64,000 nucleotides of DNA from Diadema antillarum (Eukaryota): assembly GCF_040938485.1 (NCBI RefSeq), contig NW_027272022.1, forward strand, positions 1,116,001 to 1,180,000, in the 5' to 3' direction. The notes under the pieces are model-generated. The model did no database searches and was not told the DNA's origin. It saw only the letters and a program-made list of their open reading frames with translations. Below are positions 53,601-64,000 of this stretch, piece by piece; positions within the stretch are counted from its first letter, which is position 1, and the number at the start of each line of letters is the position of its first letter. The position numbers and the translations under genes were made by a program.

Positions 53601-55959
53601 AGATCAAGACCATCACTAAAACAACGAAAAACAAAAATGTAAAAGTGAAAGACTTCACAATGCATCACATCAAATTTAAATTTGATGATACATTTCAGAC
53701 AGGGAACTTCAACACATATTCCGCTCGAGGGATCAATACATATTGTATCAGAATACATGTGTCGAGTTAAATAACGACTTTGAATACAGACCTGAACATC
53801 AGCCGAGAGTACACACCCGTGCTAACTATTGGAAATGACAACTAAAATCAGATCCTGCCATTTACAGTTAGTTACAACAGCGTGGAAATTAAGTTTGTAA
53901 ACATATTGATTGGAGTACATACGCTTCAGTATATGATACTAAGTCATTATAATTAGATTTGACTGTTCCATAGGACTTGATAATACACCATGATCCAATA
54001 TCACTCGCAGTCTTATACGTGCTTTGTGCGAACAAATTGACAAACGATATTACGTGATTCTTGTCTCCAAAGTTCCATACTGTTCTTCATATTGAGAAAT
54101 TGATGGCTCGTTCACACGTTTGATTGACATTGTTTTATTACGCTCTCATGTCTAATGTCATAAGTAATAGATAATGACACGTCTTAAAAAAACAACAACA
54201 GCTGAACACGGCAAACTATCACAGAATCTCAGAAAAAAGAAAGTAAAGTTATAATCTTTATCTCGGCACTGAACAGGACTATGCATAAAGGCCATGTCAG
54301 AGAGATTGACGGATGCGTCGAGGAAAGCGACTTCGAATCATGTAATGGTTTCCCGCCCCTTTTTCTCCTTCTACTATAGCGAGTATTAAGAAGAGCTTGC
54401 AAACGTCTGTTAGGTCTCGGCAGATTTAGTCCTTCGGCGCCGACTCATTTCATGATTGAATACCAAATCAGTTTTGTGTATTCACTCATCCATCATCAAA
54501 GCTTCGAGTAAAGATACATATTCAGTTGCCGGCAAATAATGGAGACGATGCCTTAAAGGTCGGCATAATTATCACGGATATTTAATCTCGATTCAGTGAA
54601 CTCTTCACTTTAATGAAATATCTGCGGATTATGCGATTTTTCACTCCAGCGGATTCTGATCTCTCTCCCTCTCTCTATGCAGTACCCTTGCTATTAAAGG
54701 CTGAGTTAACATCAACATGGAATGACATGAAGAGATGCAGGCCCGCCGTCTGCCCACAGCGGAAGTGAGGAACAGTGGTTTTTACGCCAAATCTGGAAGG
54801 GTTGCGAGTGACCAGAGACGTGTTATCACCGTGACTGTATCTTGAGGTTTTTTTTTCCATGTGTTTAAGTGGTTGTTGTTTTTTTAGTGTGCTGTTTTTG
54901 TTTTTGTTTTTGTTTTTTTGGCGTTGTTTCTGTCTGGATGGAACAAGTATGTCTCACACCACTTCATTTCGCTTGGTGTTTATTTCAAGTAGCACTGCTG
55001 TTTAAAACGCGATTTATGCAGCGAAATATTAATACGTTAAGAAGATAACAAGCCTCACACGCGGAATTTCCAGTAACGATAAGACTGTGGTAAATGACCC
55101 CCCCCCCCTTTAAGGATCTTAGTAAGGATATGTTCCATAAAATGAAAGTGCAAAGAGAGATAGAGAGAAAAAAAGTTACTCATTTGATAGAGAAAAAGTA
55201 GAAATTCCTCCTAATTTATTGCATAATACGTTAGTAAGACCTAGTTTGAAATGAATAATACTGAACTGTTCTTATCAAGGACGATCATAGAACATCATTA
55301 AGTTGAATTGCAGGACATGACGTTCATACCCCCCCCCCCAAACAAAAGACATATACTATATTAAGTCTTATATACCATTCTTCCCGAGAAAATGTTCGCT
55401 GCAAAGTGAGTGAATAAGTTGTCATCACACTCTTATCATTGCAACTAACAAGTAGAACAAAATAATATGAAAGAATTAATTGACAAACCAAATATCAGGA
55501 GGACAAGAAAACATCAAGTACAGACAGGGAAATGGGGTTAAAAATGGAGCTACTTTGTTATCAGCCTAAACAATTAATTAGAGCACTTGAACCTTAACTC
55601 GCAAACTAATCATTCACGGCAAGGCTACCTGAGCCCCAAGGGTGATTGATGAAAACACGGGTGCTTGTCATCCAACGATGTGATTATCAACAAATAAATT
55701 GATTCGTTCTCAGCCATCACCGCCCTACAGTTAAAATGCGATACATTTGTTCTCACAAAAGAAACTCCAAATTATAGTTTCAACCGCGCTGCATGGAAGC
55801 TGATGATGGGGAACTTTCCTGTTTACGTTTAATCTAGAGCTACTCACAGTAGCATCTGCTTCGCAATTCTAGAACGGAAATTAAAACATCCTTCCAACAG
55901 CAAAATGGGACGATAAAGAGAAAGAATAATGTTTCAGTAAGCTGCAAGAAAAAGAAATT

Positions 55960-56326
55960 ACAAGCCCTGGCCGAGTTCTCGTTCGAGCCCCCAAAAGGCA
56001 TCTTCTGAGGCTTACTATAGTGATACGAGAGAGGGGGTTTATAGTTTTCGATTAGCGCATGCGCAATAGCGCCAGGCCAGTGTCGTCTGTTTGGAGAACG
56101 GTTTTATAGTGGTGTAAGAAACGTAAGTTAAGCGACGTGTTACGAACGCCTCAGCGCGAATACGCCGTTGGCCTATCGACTAAACACGGCCCCATACCGT
56201 GACGTGCAGCGAGGAATCTATGGCGGCGGTACGGCTAAATGACACGGGGAACGTACATGCAGTGTAGTAAGCATTTTCTGAGGGCCGTGTCTTTGGAATT
56301 TCGGTAGATAGCCACCTCTAAAAATC
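55960..56326 (+). promoter_or_regulatory. CpG-rich promoter/5' leader of the beta-like gene
   Basis: CpG density is locally raised directly upstream of the ATG. Contains an NRF1-type palindrome GCGCATGCGC at 56055-56064 and a CRE-like TGACGT near 56200. The TSS cannot be fixed from sequence. Confidence 0.5.
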
Positions 56327-56406
56327 ATGACAGTGGTTCTTTTCATCTTGTCACCGCTCATCTTTCTTCTCTCGCTGACGACAGGCTCTGGGCTCGGGCA
56401 ATGTAG
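56327..56406 (+). CDS. GABRB/Lcch3-like: First coding exon (signal peptide) of a GABA-A receptor beta/LCCH3-like Cys-loop subunit
   Basis: ATG at 56327 gives MTVVLFILSPLIFLLSLTTGSGLGQC + AG (80 nt), then donor AG|gtaaga at 56407. The hydrophobic core is typical of a signal peptide. The phase-2 intron splices in frame to the exon at 56685. Confidence 0.85.
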
Positions 56407-56684
56407 GTAAGACTTCCAAAACCACTGTTCTCGCCTTTCACAGTCAGTTAACATCGGATGTAGATCGCAGAGGTACGGGAAGCTCTCCCGTCGGATTTAT
56501 GCTTGATTTGGGTGGATGCATGCGAAGTGACGGAAAACAAACAAATCTGTATAAAATGTCGACCATCACGTTTTCTTTATACCCGGTAAATTGTGCCATT
56601 AATGCGTGATTAGTCCTGCTGAAATCTGAGAGTGATGATTGGTGTATTGTTGTTTTGTCTACAAATTCAATCATTTGCATGCAG

Positions 56685-56794
56685 GAACAACGAGTCGTAT
56701 CAATTGGACAACAGCCATCGAATAGCGAACATTACAGCGGCAATCAAATCCATGCTCCATGACTATGACATTCGATTGCGGCCGAGATTTGGAG
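56685..56794 (+). CDS. GABRB/Lcch3-like: Second coding exon of a GABA-A receptor beta/LCCH3-like subunit
   Basis: Acceptor tttgcatgcag|G and donor GGAG|gtgggt (phase 1). Encodes (R)NNESYQLDNSHRIANITAAIKSMLHDYDIRLRPRFG(G). YDIRLRPxFGG is the N-terminal signature of vertebrate beta subunits (YDIRLRPDFGG) and insect LCCH3 (YDIRLRPNFGG). Exon 3 was not found in the window. Confidence 0.92.
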
Positions 56795-59700
56795 GTGGGT
56801 ATAAACCGTTGAATTGATTTTGGTTACGTTCTTCTTATTTCCCATACAGTACCGTGGAATATGAGCAACGTGTATTAGGTCGCTACCCGTTACGGAATTG
56901 TATTGTTTGTGAAGCCCCCTGCGTGTCTCATGGCGGAAGTAGTACAGAGAATGTTGTGCAGGTGTGTGCATGGTGTGTATGCTTCGCAATGTCTACCGGT
57001 GCATGACGGTCTTTACAGTATGATCATGGTTAAGCAGCGCACAAAAATTATAAATCATGCTGCTCTAGGTTCTCATCCTTAATTTGGCGCGCTTTAGTAA
57101 TTCTTCCTAAGTTGCAACTGGCAAAATGTCAGACAATGAAATGCTTGCACATTGCAATCTGACCACATACACGTATGTTGTACCACAACCTTATATGCAA
57201 AGCGAAAGTGTATTCTACAGTAGGCCCTACTTGTTTTCACTTAATGATATGAATATACACATACACTGATTTATGAATGCGAACTTGGTTTCATAATTTC
57301 CTATAGTGGTAATGAATACAGGGCTATTCCTATAACACACGTCCGTAAATGATATAGAACCACTGATAAGCTTTTTTGCTCATGGCAGTATTTTGTAATA
57401 AAAACAAAAGCAAATAAACACAACTGCACTCAAGTGATTCCAACTACCTTCTTCTTTGTAGCCAGGGCCTCGTCCCCTCCCCCCACCCCCATCCAAGTTT
57501 ACTTATACATTCAGATTTGATGCTTCTCGATCATCCACAGAGGATCCTAGCAACAAAACAGCATGCCTGAGGCTTGTCGGCTAATGTAGGCAAAACATAT
57601 CCCAGCCATGGGACTAGGATTCCACAAAGCAGGTGCAATAGATACGTCATCACTCGGGCATTAAAGCCAAAAACATTCTGGAATGTTTATAGGCTGGTCT
57701 TCCGTGGTCCATTATAAGCTTAGATAACATGAACTGGCTGTTGCTATGTCGGGTAAAGACTCGGGCAATCCTTTTATTTGTAAGATTCAATTGTCTTCAT
57801 TAAGGTTTGCCCAAGTGTAAAGATAACAGGAAAAATTCATAGTATTAAGAGACGTTTTGTATGAGTTTTTTTCTTTATTCTCTGGTGGTGGGGGGGGGGG
57901 TGCACAAGACCAAGAACTAGTAATATTACAGCAGCCTGAAAATAACACGTTCGAATGTACATGGAACAACGTGCGTGTTAAACACCTTGTTTCTACCCTA
58001 TAAAGTCATTTGACTATGAAGTGCATGAACGAATTTAAAAAATGCACGTCACTCATTACTAGACAGTGTGAACACTCGCAATTCTTTAATACAGTAAGTC
58101 AAAATCCATTGTTAAATCATATTTGATTTTGTCGAAGTGCAATGACAATGGTGAAAACGTTTGATCAAACATTTTAAAATGAGTGAGAATGCCATGAACA
58201 TCTCCTGAAATCGCAAAGATGTCCTATTAGTTTACCAAAGTTTTAGCTATCCACTGTATGCATTGATTAAATGGGTTCGATTAGTCGGTATAATTTGGCG
58301 TAAACTTTTCGTCAATCCATCTTTAATGGCTGCTTTAATTGAGTAGTGTATAGAGATAATGATGCATTGAATAAACAGTATGTTTTATGTATGTATGTTT
58401 GTGTATGTGTATGTGTGTGTGTGTTTGTCTGTATTGGTTGTGGTGTTTTACTTGTATGACAGTATATGTTAGGTCCACTTAAGGTAATGTCATCAGTAGT
58501 ATTGAATCGGTGCGCCATAGGTGGATGGCATTAATGTATGCTAAAGCGTCTTGATTCGTTTCATTTCTCGCGATAGGTCTAAGAATGTACTTCTTATTGT
58601 ACGCTCGTTTGATACAAGGAATGGTATTCATGTTCGTTGTCTGATTCGCTGAATCCTTTTTCGCTCTACTTTGTAGGGCGCCATCAAGAGGGAACCATGC
58701 GATATGGTATATGAGGTGGTAACTGCAGAAGGTTAACATCACGCGGGGTTACTCTGTATTGAAACACTGACAGCTCGATATTATTGGATGTTCTTCTTCA
58801 CGCAAAGTGATTAAAGCGGAGAGAAATAGATTTAAGAGATTTATAGGGAATCAAAACATGGAACATTGTACACCAACTGCAGGTAGAGATCGACAGCAAT
58901 GTGGGAGAGATAGATAAAGAGAGAGCGAGATAGATATGTAGATTTAATCATGAAGTATTATGTGGTTGGTTGTGTGGGTGTGTTTGTCAGTGTGAGTGTG
59001 CACGGGTATGTCACATGTTCGATGTTAAATGTTACATTCTTACTGTGGTTAACAATCGGATCACCTTTCTTTCTTCTTTGGTGTTTCAGTTATTTTTTTT
59101 TCTTTCAGCGGGTGCGGGGATGATATGACGGCGGTTTGCGTGCTTAATTGAGCTATTGTCAGATTGTACCCATTGCATGGATCAAAACAAAATATCTATG
59201 TTTTGTCCCAACTCAACTGGGATTTATGATGGGACTAAAAAAGATTGCGGAACTCGTAACTAATCATCACTCAAAACATATCGCAATGTTTGCAGAACTT
59301 CTATTTGAATGTGTATGTGTGGGGGGGGGGGGGAGGAGGAGGGTGTGGGTGGCGGCAGAGAGATAAACCTATCCAAGGGAGTACAGATAGTGCAGTGTGC
59401 TACCGCAAATCCTTGAAATACTTCTTGATCTGTCTGATAATGCAACGTGCAAAAATATGATTTTTTATGTCAAATTGATTTTCGTCAAACCGATAATCAA
59501 AGGTCAGAGATGAAAATAGCAATTGATCCCTTTAAAGATCGTAATCTGCTGGATGTCGTTATAGTTCTACTAGATAGTCGTGTCAAAATAAATTTCTTCG
59601 AGAACTGATAGCAATGTACACAAGAGCAAAGACGAAATATGCAAATGTCTGCCCCCAAGGAAAAACGCAGTATCTGCAATGTGATTACCTTGCAGATACT

Positions 59701-61032
59701 GCGTTCTTATTGTATCGATTCTGACAATGTCTTCACTTTTTTCATTGTTCTTCACAGAAAATTCTTGACTGCAAGTGTAGTCATATAATAGTAAAGTGAC
59801 TCAGAAGTATTACGTGTAAGTGGTTTTGTTCTATTACAGATTGTCCTCGTGTCAGGTCTCTGAAAAAGAACAGCAACAACAACAACCACAATAAGTTAGC
59901 TGTATATATCGCGAATAAAATATATCATGGATGAGAACACGTGATCAGACACATTCATCCCTCGCCTTCACCTTATCCTAGATTATATCGTTCTCACATT
60001 GGGTCTCTTTAACAAAAGGTTTCGATATCATCTACATTTTTGATTGACAGCTGCTTCCCTTCATTGCTGGAGAAAAAAAAATGCGAATCAACCTGAAGCT
60101 CAAACAAATTAAAATGAAATGAGAAATAAAATACTCATGTCAATGAATTGCTATAATCCAGTGTGGATTGAGAAGCGTATTGATTCGTATAATACCGCTT
60201 AATTGGCATTCCAAGGTCCCACTGCACTATAAGTATTCGATCGAACTCTGCTAAGCTGCAAACGGGAATGTTCTCCTTTTCCTCAAATGAACCTGAAAAA
60301 TGCTCCACAGTTGAGCAATAAACGAATAGAGCGAAATGGTTTATGAATATTGATCGCCCATCAGTAAGCACCCCTGAATACCTGCTACACATTTCGGTGT
60401 ATCGTCACCATTCTGTTTATGTATACAATTTCCCATTTCCTTTTTTTTATTTTCATGTGTTTTTTCACTCTCGATATTGTATCATAATTACCGTTAAAGT
60501 TGTCATGAATACGCCCATTTTTCGATTAATTTCGAGTTTATAGTAAATCATTCAAGCGAAATGGGAATGTCTCTTGAATTTTTCTCCCCTGATCGATAGC
60601 CGCACTGCAATATTATCGATATCACAACCGTGTTATAATTCATGCGTCTCGGAAGCAGACTGCTATCCAATCATAGCGCGTTTTCTTCCTTTATTCGGCA
60701 CGTTTCATGCCATTAGGAGCTATAGTATCTAAAGAGGAGTGACAACCACTCATACGTGTTACAACCTTACTGTGCTGCATGAATGGAATAGTGATCATCA
60801 GGTCGAAAACTGTAGTAATTAATATGGATTTCCATTTTATCATTCTTCCATACTTTAAGCCCTTAAAGCTAAAGTCTGACCTTGAAATCATTTTAACACT
60901 TCATTTTCATGATATCGAAATACAGCAAGGTTTAAAACAGCCTTTCTGTAAGAAAAGTAGTTGTGGAAACAAAACTTGATTACACAATGAGATATATCTT
61001 TACATAATGGTACTGTAATATCATAAACTAAC

Positions 61033-61073
<41 letters not shown>

Positions 61074-64000
61074 TACATGTACATATATGCATCAATTTTG
61101 AAGTACTTATTATCAATGGTTGTCTTGCTTGACCATGCATGACCATGCATTACTTATACACCTTACCCAACTTATGGCATTGTCGTTGGTGAGATATTTG
61201 ATACTGAGAACCTGCAACATTTTCATCAACATATCGGTCTGCCTAAATATCAATGACGTATTTTGTTTTAAGTTCTTTCTGGCAGTGTATCCAAACTTTA
61301 TTTCCTCGAAAAAGAGTCGAATGGTAAACGTTTTCACTACACCGATGTCTCTCTTTTCTTTTCCTTTTCATTCTGGCGAGATTACCGTATGTCTTTGCAT
61401 TAGTCCCTAGAAGACTGCAAGCCAATATGAGTTCCGTCTTACTTAGTTTGCACAGTTCATATCAATTGAGCGCCGATTAAGATATGGGGGGCGTTGTAAC
61501 GCGACACATCTATCGATGACTGAGGATAATGTGTGAATATCAAATGAGAAAACGATAGCATCGATTTCGTGCTCATTTTGCCAGCAGCTTCATAAATGTG
61601 GCTCTTGATGGGGGAACGGAGAAGGAGCATAAATGAAACAGGAGTATGCGTCTATTAGCACTTCAACTACTGCAGACGGAGAGAAAGAGAGGGAGAGATA
61701 GTGTTTGTGTGTGTGAGTGAGAGAAGGAATAGAGAAAGAGAGAAGAGAGGGCGCCGGACAGAAAGAGAGAAAGAGATATAGAAGGAATATACAGAGCAGA
61801 AGGACCAAACGAGAAAGAAAGAGAGTATAATAGAAAAGAGTGCCACTATAGAGTGAGAGGGAGAGAGTGATAGAGTTCTGAGTGTGTGGGAAAGGTAGTA
61901 AGAGCTCGGAATGTTCTCTGCGTATTTGTTAAAAGGCGTGATGATATACGCGGACTATTTTGAGGTTTAATTTGGAGAAACATCTCCCAGACAGCCACTG
62001 AAAGTCACACAGACATATTCGACTCGCTCCTTCCCAAACAGAGAAACAATAAAGGTGATTAGGGCGAATTACATTAAAAAGAACTTAAAAGAAAAATATA
62101 ATTTGAATTTATTTCATAGTAAAAGGGAATTAAAGAAGACTTGTTGTAAAGAGCAGCAGAAAAGAACATGAAATTCATTACAAGTATTTTTTAGCATGGT
62201 AAAATATATAGAAAACATAAGAACTGTAAAATATCAAACTCACTCAAGGGAATCTCGCCTTTTTTTTTGGGGGGGGGGGGGGTGTAAATGAAATTCCGGC
62301 ATTATACTTGATGAATATGCATGCATTGTTTTATATTTCGTTTAGAGGAAGAGTTATAACTTTCAGTTTTAAACAACTATTCTAGTTAATTATGTAATAT
62401 GAGATTAGAATAAATACTTTGGTTAGATCAAATTGATACTATTTGATACATAATTGTATAAATTCATGATTATACATAGGATATAATAAAGTGTGTGTAT
62501 GTGTGTGTTTGTGTGCGTCTGTATATGAGTGTATAAGTATAACATACCCCTGGAGAAAATAGGCGCATGGATTTTACGTGATCAGTGCAAACATCTTTTC
62601 CATTTGCCCCTAATTTTATCCAGCTGCTCTCCTGCAGTATGACTTGAAAGAGAAGAACACAATAATCCCTCTCATGGGAGTGGAGTGAATGGTTGCAGAG
62701 AAGAAGAGATGTGGAGCTTCCAGGATTTTTAGCAAAAAAGTTTGGGGCCAAGAAGAAACAAGAAATGAGATATGACTATCATGTAATCTCGGAGGAGAAG
62801 ACATTGGATATGAAAGCAGCTCAGGAACACGAGTAAGACGATAATAATAGTATATTTGTACGAACAATATCATGTTTAATTGCTTCACTTTTTCGTAACT
62901 ATGTTTTGATAAATCGGACTTCTATTTTATGTAAGGTAGATTAATTGCTACCGCAGTGTTTTCAGTTACGATTATCTGTCTGTTGTGACACACTAATTAA
63001 CAGAATCACAGACAAACACAGACACACATTCAAGCTAATACGACATTCAGTAATGTTTATAAGAGTTACAGACATTCAGTCTGAAATCCACATGCAACTA
63101 CGGCTTGTTCGAATTGATTTACACACCCAGTGCAAAGTTATTGATTATACAATCGAACATTAATGTGTATTTTATGACCTTCTGGACCGTCATTCAAAAA
63201 CGGTGTTACGGTTTTTATCAGGTTAAGCCAATGCACTCACAAAAAATCAGATAGAGCGATGGACCAATCGCTTCGCAACTGTTATATCGTTGTTGTTTTT
63301 TTTTTTTTTTGTTTATGAACACACTTACCAAGACACAGAAAGTTACATGCAGACAGACACAACCACCAGCACAAGCACAATATCTGTGACATATAACATG
63401 AATATACAAAATTAGGATATATTCATTTACTTACCTATACATTCAGTGAGTGGTTTTTGGCTGATCACTTTGTTAACTATTAATCTCCTTTCTTTCAGTG
63501 CGACCTATATGCTTTGTTGTTATAACTGCACATCGATTCCCTACAAAAGATGGGGTAAATTCTTCTCTATTTCTTGAAAAAAAAAGGAAAACAACGATGG
63601 ATGATTTCTGTGCAGGTCATAGTGGGACTTGTGTAGTGATGACATCATCACATTGTAATATAAAACATTAACTTGTAAAAATTAGTCACTTTCGTGCAAT
63701 CGCAATCACAAAATTAAATGTGGTGACACTGCCACCGCGCCGCATGAATTTGAAAATGTAGGGACTTCTATCTCGTTTCCGTTCCAATTGGCACGCAAAT
63801 CACAAACAAAAAAAGGATAATCGGGAAGAAAAAAAAGAAGGAAGCAAATACCTTCATATTCACTGTTTTGTACCTGGCTCAACTACCTTGGGGAAATTCC
63901 TCTCGACGAAAGGAATATGAAAAAAAAAAACTGTACTGTTTGTTGCAACGCGGTATAGCATGGTCCATTTGCTTAATCTCTTAAGCTTGTCAATTCGAGT

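Noticed and set aside
58231-58258. Possible Tc1-like right TIR (reverse complement TA-CAGTGGATAGCTAAAACTTTGG)
   Set aside because: No matching left TIR was found.
61991-62054. Candidate exon 3 of the beta gene (QPLKVTQTYSTRSFPNRETIK)
   Set aside because: It is 64 nt and in the wrong phase. Splicing from the phase-1 donor gives an immediate stop, and it lacks the expected SFD/SID-x-ISEV-x-M motif.
17-63409. Most ORFs in the supplied track (e.g. 17-361, 15554-15907, 17768-18187, 25439-25930, 27934-28401, 49973-50626)
   Set aside because: They are read-throughs of microsatellites, N-gaps or UTR/promoter DNA, many with non-ATG starts and no protein-like motifs.
1-64000. CRISPR array, rRNA, intact tRNA, prokaryotic operon or long autonomous transposase/RT ORF
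   Set aside because: None was seen. There is no regularly spaced repeat-spacer pattern and no long ORF.

Overview
AT-rich, microsatellite-rich eukaryotic DNA with four N-gaps. The repeat content suggests a marine invertebrate, probably an echinoderm (inference). Almost all ORFs in the supplied track are spurious. Only three coding exons are supportable. (1) The first two coding exons of a Cys-loop GABA-A receptor beta/LCCH3-type subunit lie on + at 56327-56406 and 56685-56794; the spliced protein begins MTVVLFILSPLIFLLSLTTGSGLGQCRNNESYQLDNSHRIANITAAIKSMLHDYDIRLRPRFG(G). (2) A signal-peptide first coding exon of a second, unidentified gene lies on - at 26803-26745 (MAVTGRLVLVLLILSQYFS, phase-2 intron). 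The two genes are head-to-head, about 29.5 kb apart, which recalls the beta/alpha orientation of vertebrate GABA-A clusters; the identity of the minus gene is only a hypothesis. The rest is non-coding and holds many non-autonomous DNA transposons: several TTAA-flanked Kolobok-like palindromic MITEs, a 2.3-kb Kolobok-like element with a decayed acidic ORF, a nest of hairpin MITEs, a hAT-like MITE with a 5-bp duplication, and a composite palindromic element. It also holds tRNA-derived SINE heads, an L2-type 3' tail and a diverged ~770-bp-period duplication. No rRNA, intact tRNA or CRISPR array was seen.
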